40,000 nucleotides of DNA from an uncultured Clostridia bacterium (GCA_947589215.1 CANQCL010000009.1:13303-53302), one strand, 5' to 3'; shown: positions 27,397 to 36,748, counted from the first letter of the stretch. The notes: generated by a model not told the origin, from the letters alone. Numbers and translations are program-made.

Positions 27397-30285
27397 ATGG
27401 AAAATAAATATATAACAGTCATCGGTCTTGAAATTCACTCCGAGCTGCTTACAAAATCAAAGGTTTTCTGCACCTGCAACGCTGAGTTCGGAGGCGACCA
27501 AAACACAAGGTGCTGTCCTGTATGTACAGGTATGCCGGGAACTCTGCCTGTTATCAATCAGACTGCCGTTGAATACGCAGTAAAAGCAGGCTTTGCTTTG
27601 GGCTGTAACATCAGCAAGTTTTCTGTGTTCGACAGAAAAAACTACTTCTATCCCGACCTGCCAAAGGCATATCAGATATCTCAGCTTCAAAGACCCCTCT
27701 GTTTAGACGGTCTTGTTCCTATTGAGGTCGACGGCAAAAAGAAAAATATCAGAATTAACCGTATACATCTTGAAGAGGACGCAGGAAAGCTTATACACGA
27801 CGATTTCAACGGCGTTTCGCTTGCCGACTACAACAGATGCGGAATACCTCTTATCGAGATAGTTACCGAGCCTGATATTTCATCTGCTGAGGAAGCACAG
27901 GCGTTTGTGTCGCAAATTGCACTTTTGCTAAAATACGCAGGTGTCAGCGACTGTAAAATGGAACAGGGTTCGTTGAGATGCGACGTAAATATTTCTCTTA
28001 TGAAGCCCGACGATAAAGAGTTCGGCACACGTGCGGAAATCAAGAACCTAAACTCAATAAAGGCAATCGGCAGAGCAATTAAATACGAGGAAAGACGTCA
28101 GGCTCTCTTGCTTGACGCAGGAAAGCGTGTTATCCAAGAAACAAGAAGATACAACGAAAACCGTGACGTCACCACTTCAATGAGAAATAAGGAGAACGCT
28201 CACGATTACAGATACTTTCCTGAGCCGGATATTTTGCAGGTAAATTTCACTGATGAAATGCTCGACGAGATAAAAGCTAAGCTCCCTGAAATGCCCGACA
28301 AAAGAATCAAGAGATACGTTGAGAGCTTCGGGCTAAGTGAAACAGACGCTAAAATATTAATTCAGTCTAAGGTCGTTTCTGATTTCTTTGACGATGCTGT
28401 AAAAGCATATAACAATCCAAAGAGCATAGCATCATTTATTCTGCGTGAATTTATGAGAAGACTCAATCTCGGTGAAATTGATTTGGATAATCTCAATTTC
28501 ACAGCTGAGGATCTTGCAGAACTGGTTAAGCTTTCTGACGAGGAAAAGGTGTCTTTAAACGACGCTAACAAGACGTTCAGAGAGATGGTCGAAACAGGAA
28601 AGCTATGCAGTGAAATTATAAAGGCAAACGGATACTTGATAGAGCTTGACAATTCAAAGGTAGAAGCAGGAATTGACGAGATTTTAGCAGCTAACCCCGA
28701 GCAGGTTGAACAGTACAGAAACGGCGAAACAAAGGTATTCGGCTTCTTTATGGGAAAATGCACAAAGGCGCTTAAAGGCGTCGGCACACCAAAGGTTATA
28801 AAAGAAATTTTAGAGAGCAAGCTTAAATCCGGTGAAACACAACAGCAAACACAGACATCGGAAGAAAGTGCAAAGTCTGAAAGCAACTCAAAGCCTGACA
28901 CATCAAAGCTAACTAAATATGAAAACCCCGATAAATTCACACCAAAAACAAAAGCAGATAACGACAAGCTGTTAGTTATAAGCGGTAAAAACGTAATGCA
29001 GGAATTTGACGTTGAAACTGCTCAGAACAATATCGGCTCGGAGGTTGAGTTCTCCGGCTGTGTTCATAAGGTCAAATCAATGGGAAGCATCTCATTCGTT
29101 GTTATACGAACAGCGAGAGACGTTATTCAAACCGTATATAATAAGGATAACTGCAAGGACAGCATAGACGGTCTGCATGAGGGTTATTTTGTTCATATTA
29201 AGGGTACTGTAAACGAAAACAAGCGTGACCAAAACGGCATTGAGATAATTCTGAGTGAGATCAAACTGATCTCAAGACCTAAAGAGGAATACCCTCTCAA
29301 GATTTCTCAGGGCGAGCTTAAATGCACGTTAGATGTAAATCTCGACAACAGAAGCGTTTCTTTAAGAAACCCTTATCAGCGTGCTATTTTCAAGCTTCAG
29401 GAAGGGCTTGTTCAGGGTATGCACGAGTTTATGAAAATGAACAACTTCACTGAGATCCACACTCCGAAAATCGTTGCTCAGGGCGCAGAGGGCGGAGCAA
29501 ATATATTCAAGATAGATTATTTCGGTCACCCTGCATTTTTGAACCAGTCTCCTCAGTTTTATAAGCAGGCTGCTATCGCTTTCTATGACAGAGTTTATGA
29601 AATAGCCCCTGTTTACAGAGCAGAAAAGCACGCAACATCACGTCATATAAACGAGTATATCGGTCTTGACTTTGAGATGGGATACATCGATAGTATGTAT
29701 GATGTTATGAATATGGAAACGGCAATGCTCAAACATATTTTTGCGTACATTGAGAAAAACTACTCTAAGGAAATAAAACTTCTCAACGCTGATGTTCCGC
29801 ATATTACTGATATACCATCAATAAGGTTTTCTGACGCTATTGAACTTTTGCGAGGCAAGAATGTTTCAACGAAGTTCGATTTAGACCCTGAGGACGAGGT
29901 AAATCTCTGCAAGTATGCAAAAGAAAAGTATGACAGCGAGTTTATATTCATAACCCACTTCCCCAGCTCTAAACCTCCGTTTTACGCTATGGACGACAGA
30001 GAAGACCCTAAAGCCGCATATAAGTTTGACCTTATATTCAGAGGGCTTGAGATAACCTCAGGCGGTCAAAGAATTCACGATTATGACGAGCAGGTAGCAA
30101 AAATGAAACGTCAGGGATTAGACCCTGCCGACTTTGAAAATTATCTGGAGTCTCATAAGTACGGTCTTCCTCCGCACGGCGGTTTGGGAATAGGTCTGGA
30201 ACGTCTTTTGATGAAGCTTCTTAACTACTCAAATATTCGTGAAACATCAATGTTCCCAAGAGATTTAAACAGATTGCTGCCATAA
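27397..30285 (+). CDS. gatB: Fusion protein: GatB amidotransferase subunit (N-terminal) plus archaeal/eukaryal-type aspartyl-tRNA synthetase (C-terminal)
   Basis: One continuous 962-codon ORF. Residues 1 to about 476 are GatB (VIGLEIHSELLTKSKVFC...CPVCTGMPGTLPVIN; LHLEEDAGKLIHD; C-terminal YqeY-like domain ending KVIKEILESKL). A 40-50 aa Q/S/E-rich linker follows. Then a class IIb AspRS: OB-fold FSGCVHKVKSMGSISFVVIRT; QSPQFYKQ; YEIAPVYRAEKHATSRHINEYIGLDFEM; PHGGLGIGLERLLMKLLNYSNIRETSMFPRDLNRLLP. Confidence 0.95.
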   Translation: MENKYITVIGLEIHSELLTKSKVFCTCNAEFGGDQNTRCCPVCTGMPGTLPVINQTAVEYAVKAGFALGCNISKFSVFDRKNYFYPDLPKAYQISQLQRPLCLDGLVPIEVDGKKKNIRINRIHLEEDAGKLIHDDFNGVSLADYNRCGIPLIEIVTEPDISSAEEAQAFVSQIALLLKYAGVSDCKMEQGSLRCDVNISLMKPDDKEFGTRAEIKNLNSIKAIGRAIKYEERRQALLLDAGKRVIQETRRYNENRDVTTSMRNKENAHDYRYFPEPDILQVNFTDEMLDEIKAKLPEMPDKRIKRYVESFGLSETDAKILIQSKVVSDFFDDAVKAYNNPKSIASFILREFMRRLNLGEIDLDNLNFTAEDLAELVKLSDEEKVSLNDANKTFREMVETGKLCSEIIKANGYLIELDNSKVEAGIDEILAANPEQVEQYRNGETKVFGFFMGKCTKALKGVGTPKVIKEILESKLKSGETQQQTQTSEESAKSESNSKPDTSKLTKYENPDKFTPKTKADNDKLLVISGKNVMQEFDVETAQNNIGSEVEFSGCVHKVKSMGSISFVVIRTARDVIQTVYNKDNCKDSIDGLHEGYFVHIKGTVNENKRDQNGIEIILSEIKLISRPKEEYPLKISQGELKCTLDVNLDNRSVSLRNPYQRAIFKLQEGLVQGMHEFMKMNNFTEIHTPKIVAQGAEGGANIFKIDYFGHPAFLNQSPQFYKQAAIAFYDRVYEIAPVYRAEKHATSRHINEYIGLDFEMGYIDSMYDVMNMETAMLKHIFAYIEKNYSKEIKLLNADVPHITDIPSIRFSDAIELLRGKNVSTKFDLDPEDEVNLCKYAKEKYDSEFIFITHFPSSKPPFYAMDDREDPKAAYKFDLIFRGLEITSGGQRIHDYDEQVAKMKRQGLDPADFENYLESHKYGLPPHGGLGIGLERLLMKLLNYSNIRETSMFPRDLNRLLP

Positions 30286-30385
30286 TTTTTTATCACATTG
30301 TTGTCACATTGAAGATTTATTATATGTGCAATGCCTTTTAGGTTATAAACATTGACACGCTCAATTAAAAGAATGGAGAAATAAT

Positions 30386-31834
30386 ATGGACGAGAACAAA
30401 AATCAAGAGGAAATTTTGAATGAAGAACTTCAATCCTATGAAAATCCATCTAATGAAACTCAATCTGATGAGGTAATTTCTGATGATATCCTAGACGATG
30501 AAAATTCTGAAAACGACGCCGATATTTCAGATAATGTATTTGATGCTGAAAGCACATATACTCCGATTTTGGGTGAGGACGCTGAAACTGATAATTTAAC
30601 AGAAAGTGATTCTGTTAAAAAGAAAACAGATTTAACTACAAAAATTTTGATACCTGTTATTGTTGTTCTTGCGGCAGTAATTGTTACACTTGTACTTCTT
30701 GAAGTAAACAGATCTAAAATTAATGCTTCATCTAACAGCTATACCAATTCAGCTTTGGCAAGCTCTAATGCTCAGGTTCCCGAACCTTCTTTTAAAATAG
30801 ACGGAAAAAAAGTTAACACCGATGATTTGGTATTTTTAAAAATTGGTGAATATGAGGTAGGCTTTGACGAGCTTAGAAACTGCTATTATCAATTTTTATA
30901 CAACTACGGTCCATACTATGGCGTATCTGAGGACACCTTCAAAAGTGCAAGCGGCGATGAACTTAAAAGTATGTTCAGTTCATTCAAGGACAGTCTTGCC
31001 GAATATATAAAAGGCGGTTATGTTCACGCAAGCTATGCAAAGGAACACAACATAACCCTTGATAAAGAAGATGAAAAAACTGTTGCGGATAGAATTAAGT
31101 CGATAAAAGATGAACAGGGCGATAATTATAAATCTTTCTTAAAAGAAAACTATATGACTGAAAATTATCTTAATATAGCTATGAGAAACAATGTTATGGC
31201 TGATAAGGTTGAAGAAGCACTGTCTATTCCTGAGAAGGATTTTTATAAAACCGCTGAAAAAGAGCTTTATCAGGTAAAGCAAATATTTATTCCTTTTGGC
31301 TCTGAAGAAAAAATATCAGACGAAGTATTATCTTCAAACAGCATTAAGGATTATGATAAGCTTTCTAAGCCTGAAAGGGCTGAGGCAATCCTTTCAAATT
31401 ATGAGGCTTTAAGCGACAGTAAACAAAAACAGGCTAAAAATGCTTCTAAAAAGGTTGCCGACAATATTTACAAGAAGCTTAAATCCGGTGCAGATTTTGA
31501 TACTTTGATGAAGAATAACACTTATGATTCCTTGTATGAGAGTTATCCTAAGGGTGTATTAGTAGGCAAGGATTATGAATACGACGAAGCTTATCTCGAA
31601 ACGGCATTGAAATTAAAAGAAAATGAAATGAGCGAGGTCATTGAATCAAGCTCAGGATATCATATTATTATGCGTGTTCCCTTTGATAAGAAGTATATCA
31701 ATAAAAATATTGATTACTTTGCTCAAACCTATAATGACAGCGCTGTCAATAAAGTTCTGTATAAGGTATATGAAGATCTTGATATTGAACAAACCGATAC
31801 TTACAAAAATTTTCAGTACGGAGATTTAACTTAG
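30386..31834 (+). CDS. Membrane-anchored parvulin-type peptidyl-prolyl isomerase (PrsA/PpiC-like)
   Basis: Single TM after a long acidic N-terminus; ELYQVKQIFIPF...ADFDTLMKNNTYD...VLVGKDYEYDEAYLETALKLKENEMSEVIESSSGYHIIMRV. Confidence 0.85.
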   Translation: MDENKNQEEILNEELQSYENPSNETQSDEVISDDILDDENSENDADISDNVFDAESTYTPILGEDAETDNLTESDSVKKKTDLTTKILIPVIVVLAAVIVTLVLLEVNRSKINASSNSYTNSALASSNAQVPEPSFKIDGKKVNTDDLVFLKIGEYEVGFDELRNCYYQFLYNYGPYYGVSEDTFKSASGDELKSMFSSFKDSLAEYIKGGYVHASYAKEHNITLDKEDEKTVADRIKSIKDEQGDNYKSFLKENYMTENYLNIAMRNNVMADKVEEALSIPEKDFYKTAEKELYQVKQIFIPFGSEEKISDEVLSSNSIKDYDKLSKPERAEAILSNYEALSDSKQKQAKNASKKVADNIYKKLKSGADFDTLMKNNTYDSLYESYPKGVLVGKDYEYDEAYLETALKLKENEMSEVIESSSGYHIIMRVPFDKKYINKNIDYFAQTYNDSAVNKVLYKVYEDLDIEQTDTYKNFQYGDLT

Positions 31835-31939
31835 TATAAATATAATAAGAGTTTAAAGCAGAAGTATAAAAGCTTCTGCTTTTTTTATTTTTAACCAATC
31901 ATATATAATCTCAGCCTTTTAAAAAATTATAAAAAAAAT

Positions 31940-31951
31940 AAACATTTGTTC
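31940..31951. promoter_or_regulatory. LexA-like half-degenerate box AAACATTTGTTC
   Basis: One mismatch from GAACNNNNGTTC, adjacent to the -35. Confidence 0.45.
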
Positions 31952-31980
31952 TTGACAACTGCAAACAAATGTTCTATAAT
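31952..31980 (+). promoter_or_regulatory. Perfect consensus promoter TTGACA - 17 nt - TATAAT upstream of the Y-family polymerase
   Basis: TTGACA 31952-31957, TATAAT 31975-31980; spacer contains AAACAAATGTTC (31963-31974). Confidence 0.75.
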
Positions 31981-31989
31981 AGTATAAAA

Positions 31990-32001
31990 GAACATAGGTT
32001 C
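31990..32001. promoter_or_regulatory. LexA-type SOS box GAACATAGGTTC (GAACNNNNGTTC)
   Basis: Exact match to the 4-4-4 core, immediately downstream of the -10. Confidence 0.75.
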
Positions 32002-32057
32002 GTTAATACTATATTAAAACGCTTAGCGTAACATTATGAATTTAGTAAAAGGAATGA

Positions 32058-33344
32058 ATGGTTATGGAAACAAAAAAGGAAAGAGTAATACTTCACATTG
32101 ATATGAACAATTGCTACGCATCTATTGAATGTAAGCTCAACCCGGAATTAAGCGGAAAATGCGTAGCTGTTGCAGGAAATCAGGAGGAACGTCACGGGAT
32201 AATTCTTGCCAAAAATGAACTTGCTAAAAGCTATGGCGTTAAAACAGGAGAACCTATATGGCAGGCAAAGCAAAAATGTCCCGAGCTTGTTACAGTACCT
32301 CCTCACTATGAAGAATACTTAAAGCACTCAAAGGCGGCAAGAAAAATATACTCTGACTACACAGACAAGATCGAGCCGTTCGGAATAGACGAATGTTGGA
32401 TAGATATAACTGGTTATTGGCGAAACGGTAAGCAGGCAGACGGAAAAGCTATAGCCGATGAGATAAGAGAACGGGTAAAATCAGAGCTTGGGATAACAGT
32501 TTCTATCGGCGTAAGCTTTAACAAAATATTTGCAAAGCTTGGCTCTGATATGAAAAAACCGGACGCAACCACAGTTATCACATATGAAGGAAAGGATTGC
32601 TTTAGAGATAAAGTATTTCCTCTTGATGTTGGAGAGCTTTTGTATGTGGGAAAAGCTACAAAGAAAAGGCTCAATCAAAGAGGTATTTTCACTATTGGTG
32701 AACTGGCACAAACCCCCATATCAAAGCTTCAAAGCTGGCTGGGAAAATGGGGGCAATATCTTTGGGTTTATGCAAACGGACTTGATATATCTCCCGTTGA
32801 GAATGACGGCAATAAGCCATTGGTCAAATCGGTCAGCAACGGAACGACATCATACCGTGACCTTGAAAACGACAACGACGTAAAAATAATCACTTTTGCG
32901 CTTGCAGAAAGCATAGCTTCAAGACTTCGTGCTATTCACTCTAAGTGCGGAGCAATCTCAATTTCGGTTAAGAACAATAAGCTATACACCTATTCAAAAC
33001 AAAAAAAGCTTCACATACCTATTGATGACGCCTATGAAATAGCAAAAATCGCACTTTCCCTCTACAAAGATTCCTACAACTGGGCGGCAGGAAACCCTAT
33101 CCGTGCCATTTCAATTTGCGTTTACGAGCTTTATGATATCTATTCCGACTATCAAACCTCTATTTTTGAAAATTCAGACACAAGCAAAAAGCACGAAAAC
33201 CTCAACAAAACGGTAGACCGCCTAAGAGAGAAATACGGCTACACTTGTATAAGGCGGGCAATTGTTATAAGCGACAGAGGATTTGCAAATTTCTCAACTA
33301 AGATACAAAACGAAGTACATCCTGTTGGGGTATTTCACTCTTAG
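32058..33344 (+). CDS. Y-family (DinB/UmuC-like) DNA polymerase
   Basis: VILHIDMNNCYASIE, KNELAKSYGVKTGEPIWQAKQKCP, IEPFGIDECWIDIT, GVSFNKIFAKLGSDMKKPDATTVI. Confidence 0.93.
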   Translation: MVMETKKERVILHIDMNNCYASIECKLNPELSGKCVAVAGNQEERHGIILAKNELAKSYGVKTGEPIWQAKQKCPELVTVPPHYEEYLKHSKAARKIYSDYTDKIEPFGIDECWIDITGYWRNGKQADGKAIADEIRERVKSELGITVSIGVSFNKIFAKLGSDMKKPDATTVITYEGKDCFRDKVFPLDVGELLYVGKATKKRLNQRGIFTIGELAQTPISKLQSWLGKWGQYLWVYANGLDISPVENDGNKPLVKSVSNGTTSYRDLENDNDVKIITFALAESIASRLRAIHSKCGAISISVKNNKLYTYSKQKKLHIPIDDAYEIAKIALSLYKDSYNWAAGNPIRAISICVYELYDIYSDYQTSIFENSDTSKKHENLNKTVDRLREKYGYTCIRRAIVISDRGFANFSTKIQNEVHPVGVFHS

Positions 33345-33398
33345 ACCGGCGGTAAAGCAGGAGACAATATACAAGAAGTTAGAGGTCAGATGCAAGAG

Positions 33399-33434
33399 AA
33401 GAGCGTTCGGAAAATTTCCGAACGCTCTTGTTTT
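33399..33434 (+). terminator. Terminator AAGAGCGTTCGGAAA/TTTCCGAACGCTCTT + T-run
   Basis: 15-bp near-perfect inverted repeat followed by gttttt; shares its core with the 11241 palindrome. Confidence 0.85.
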
Positions 33435-33568
33435 TAACAGCTATGTACGACCCTCCATTGTACAAGCCCTAATAATTTTCAAACTTTTTATAGGCGGCAA
33501 TGCGTGCAGGGGCACCCCTGCCGGCTCGCCGGTCTTGCTTCTTGCCTTTTGCTGCTGAGCGCCGTTTC

Positions 33569-34063
33569 CTAAACATCATAGACAAAGACAAAATCGTCCA
33601 TAACGAAGTCTTCTCCTATATCGGCTATCTGCGTCCGCTCTATGTACATTCCAAACTTCTTGTAAATCTCTATCGAGTGCTTATTTCCCCTGTTTACAGT
33701 AAGCCAGATTTTTGAAAGCCCTCGTTTTTTTGCTTCTTCTTTCAAGAACTCAAAAGCCTGTCTTGAAAACCCTTTGCCTCTTTCCGATTTAAGCAAATAG
33801 ATTTTTGAAAGAAACAGCACTCCGCCTTCCTGCTCAACAAAACCGAAATAACCTACGCTTTTACCGTTCTCTACAAAGTTGTAATATTCGTAGTTCTGCT
33901 TTTTGATTTGCTCTGCTATAACCTCAGCTGACTGAAATTTCTGTACCATATATTCTATTTGTTCCTCGGAAATTATGCTGATATAATGCTCGTTCCAGAT
34001 TTCGCTTGCAAGTCTGGCTGTTTCCTCAATTTGTTTTTTAGTTCTAACCTTTCTAAGCTCCAT
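33569..34063 (-). CDS. GNAT-family N-acetyltransferase
   Basis: LSKIYLLKSERGKGFSRQAFEFLKEEAKKRGLSKIWLTVNRGNKHSIEIYKKFGM. Confidence 0.9.
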   Translation of the reverse strand: MELRKVRTKKQIEETARLASEIWNEHYISIISEEQIEYMVQKFQSAEVIAEQIKKQNYEYYNFVENGKSVGYFGFVEQEGGVLFLSKIYLLKSERGKGFSRQAFEFLKEEAKKRGLSKIWLTVNRGNKHSIEIYKKFGMYIERTQIADIGEDFVMDDFVFVYDV

Positions 34064-35268
34064 TATTCTTCAATTCCTTTCAGCATTTCAATAAACTGCC
34101 TTGCTATTCTCGGAGAGCGTCCTCCACGCTCAAGAGCAAATATCTCAGCTCTCTTCTTTAAATCATCGGCAGACATATCTAGCTCATATTGCTTTGCCAA
34201 ATCTACAACAACGCTGAGATACAGATTTTTGTCCGGCTTTTCAAATACGACCCTGATCCCAAACCTGTCTGACAAAGACAAAAGCTCCTGCATAGTATCG
34301 TTAAAATGAATGTCGTCCCCCTCACGGGTCGAGAAAGATTCCTTGATAAGATGACGGCGGTTTGATGTAGCATAAATTACTAAGTTATCCGCAGCAGACG
34401 AAACACTTCCCTCTAAAATAGCTTTAAGAGCTGCAAAGTCGTCGTCATTCTCGGTAAATGATAAATCGTCTATAAACAGAATAAATTTCAGCGGATTCCT
34501 GCTGACGGTTTCAACGATAAGCGGAATCTCATGAAGCTGTTTCTTTTTCAGTTCAATAAGCCTCAAGCCTCTGTCCTTGAATTCGTTTGCTATAGCTTTA
34601 ACAGTCGAAGATTTACCTGTACCGCAGTCGCCGTACAAAAGAACATTATTAGCAGGCTTGCCGTTAAGAAGCGCAAGGGTGTTGTCGATAACCGTCTGCC
34701 TTTGAGCCTCATAACCCGAAAACTGCGACAGCCTTGTATTGTCAGGAAAGCTGACAGGTTGAATTTTCCCTTTCTTAATAACGAATATGTGATTTTTTGC
34801 ATAGATTCCGTAACCGTACTTGTTTATCTCACAAATTCTTTCTTCATATATCTTTGAAAAATCTATATCCTCAGTTTTCCATTTAGCAAGACCGCTGTAA
34901 CCTATGGCTCTCTCCACATCACCGCAGCTTATCTTTGCAAGATTTTCAAGTATAATAAGCTCACTTGCCAATCGCTCCTCTAAAAGAGGGCTTATTGGCT
35001 CTCCTGCACCCTTTTTAAGCATATAGATGTTTTCATCTTCCAAAACGATATCCAAAATAAATCTTGTAAGATTATCGCTGTGATCATAAAGCTCGCTTAC
35101 GAATTCAGAATATTCATTAATTAAACATTTCATATCGGCTGTTTTATCGCTTATATCGCTAAGAAGCTTTAAAAGTTTTTCTACCGTTTTATGTTTTACA
35201 ACGTTTCTGAAAACTGCAAGAGACGCACTTTCTTTTATAATTTTATTGAAATCCGTCATTTTACTCAC
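34063..35268 (-). CDS. DUF815-family AAA+ ATPase
   Basis: NNVLLYGDCGTGKSSTVKAIANEF, KFILFIDDLSFTENDDDFAALKAILEGSV, VIYATSNRRHLIKESF. Confidence 0.9.
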   Translation of the reverse strand: MSKMTDFNKIIKESASLAVFRNVVKHKTVEKLLKLLSDISDKTADMKCLINEYSEFVSELYDHSDNLTRFILDIVLEDENIYMLKKGAGEPISPLLEERLASELIILENLAKISCGDVERAIGYSGLAKWKTEDIDFSKIYEERICEINKYGYGIYAKNHIFVIKKGKIQPVSFPDNTRLSQFSGYEAQRQTVIDNTLALLNGKPANNVLLYGDCGTGKSSTVKAIANEFKDRGLRLIELKKKQLHEIPLIVETVSRNPLKFILFIDDLSFTENDDDFAALKAILEGSVSSAADNLVIYATSNRRHLIKESFSTREGDDIHFNDTMQELLSLSDRFGIRVVFEKPDKNLYLSVVVDLAKQYELDMSADDLKKRAEIFALERGGRSPRIARQFIEMLKGIEE

Positions 35269-35428
35269 CGTAATATATAAACATATTTACTAAATTCTTC
35301 GCTGATAACATTTTATATTAGCGAAAAATAAGCCTTAATGTCTTATTCTGATAATAATATTATACCACCTATGTCAAGCACGGTGAACAAAAAACTGTCC
35401 TGTAAATTTATACAAGACAGTCTGTTAT

Positions 35429-36748
35429 TTATAACCTCTGCATCACAAAAATATCATAAATAGCATTAATAGCCGTTTTGAAATCCGCTTCTTCTACCCC
35501 AATGATTATATTAAGCTCGCTTGAGCCTTGATCTATCATCTTTACATTGACATTGCTGTGTGCCAAAGACGCGAATATCCTGCCGGCAGTTCCTCTGTTT
35601 GATCTCATTCCCCTGCCGACAACTGCAACAAGAGCAAGGTCGGTTTCAATTTCTATAGAATCAGGCTGAACATTTCTGTGAAGTCCTGCTAATATCTCCT
35701 GCTCCTTTTCTGCAAACTCGTCAAGATGAACAATAACGCTCATAGTATCAATGCCCGATGGCATATGCTCAAAGGAAATTCCGTTCTTTTCAAAAACCTC
35801 TAAAACACGCCGTCCGAAACCAAGCTCGGAATTCATCATATCCTTTTCGATATTAACAACAGCAAAGCCTTTCTTTCCCGCAACGCCGGTAATTGTGTAT
35901 TCCGGCTTCTGCGAGGTAGACTCAACAATCATCGTACCTGTGTCGTCGGGCTTATTTGTGTTCTTGATATTAATAGGAATACCTGCTTTTCTTACAGGGA
36001 AAATCGCTTCATCGTGCAGAACTGTTGCGCCCATATACGAAAGCTCACGAAGCTCCTTATATGTAATTGTAGTAATAGGCATAGGATTGTCAATAATTCT
36101 CGGGTCGGCAATCAAAAATCCCGAAACGTCGGTCCAGTTTTCGTAAACATCAGCGGTCACAACAGAAGCTACAATAGAACCCGTTATATCAGAACCGCCC
36201 CTTGAAAAAGTCTTTATAGTATCATTAGGCATAGAACCGTAAAAACCCGGAATAACAGCATACTCCACTCCTTCAAGACGCTCTCTCATAACAAATGCCG
36301 TTTTGCTGCTGTCATAAGCTCCCTTATCGTCGAAGAAAACAACATCGGCAGCGTCGATAAATTCAAAACCGAGATACTTTGCAAGCAGTATTCCGTTTAA
36401 ATACTCTCCTCTTGATGCCGCATAATCCCTGCCTGCCTTTTGCGTAAAGCAAGCCTTTATAGTATTAAATTCTTCTTCTAAAGAAATGTCAAGAGACAGT
36501 TCCTCGATTATTCCGTTATATCTTGACTTTATATCCTCAAACTCTTTTTCAAAATCCTGACCTCTTGCCGCCTTTGCATAACAGGAATAAAGCATATCTG
36601 TGATTTTCGTATCACCGTCAAATCTTTTTCCAGGCGCTGACGGAATAACATATTTTCTTGAACTGTCTCTTTTTATAATATCGGCTACCTTCTTGAACTG
36701 TTTGGCGTCCGCAAGCGAGCTTCCGCCGAACTTTACTACCTTAATCAT
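35429..36748 (-). CDS. Aspartate kinase
   Basis: MIKVVKFGGSSLADAKQFKKV, FSRGGSDITGSI, ISFEHMPSGIDTMSVIV, two ACT-like regions. Confidence 0.93.
   Translation of the reverse strand: MIKVVKFGGSSLADAKQFKKVADIIKRDSSRKYVIPSAPGKRFDGDTKITDMLYSCYAKAARGQDFEKEFEDIKSRYNGIIEELSLDISLEEEFNTIKACFTQKAGRDYAASRGEYLNGILLAKYLGFEFIDAADVVFFDDKGAYDSSKTAFVMRERLEGVEYAVIPGFYGSMPNDTIKTFSRGGSDITGSIVASVVTADVYENWTDVSGFLIADPRIIDNPMPITTITYKELRELSYMGATVLHDEAIFPVRKAGIPINIKNTNKPDDTGTMIVESTSQKPEYTITGVAGKKGFAVVNIEKDMMNSELGFGRRVLEVFEKNGISFEHMPSGIDTMSVIVHLDEFAEKEQEILAGLHRNVQPDSIEIETDLALVAVVGRGMRSNRGTAGRIFASLAHSNVNVKMIDQGSSELNIIIGVEEADFKTAINAIYDIFVMQRL

Noticed and set aside
28362-28967. Minus-strand 201-aa ORF across the GatB/AspRS junction
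   Set aside because: Antisense shadow of the fusion gene; low-complexity Ser/Val-rich translation with no RBS.
34063-35268. AAA+ ATPase considered as part of a defence or transposition module
   Set aside because: Full-length similarity pattern is the widespread DUF815 family, and the neighbours (GNAT, aspartate kinase) do not support such a system.
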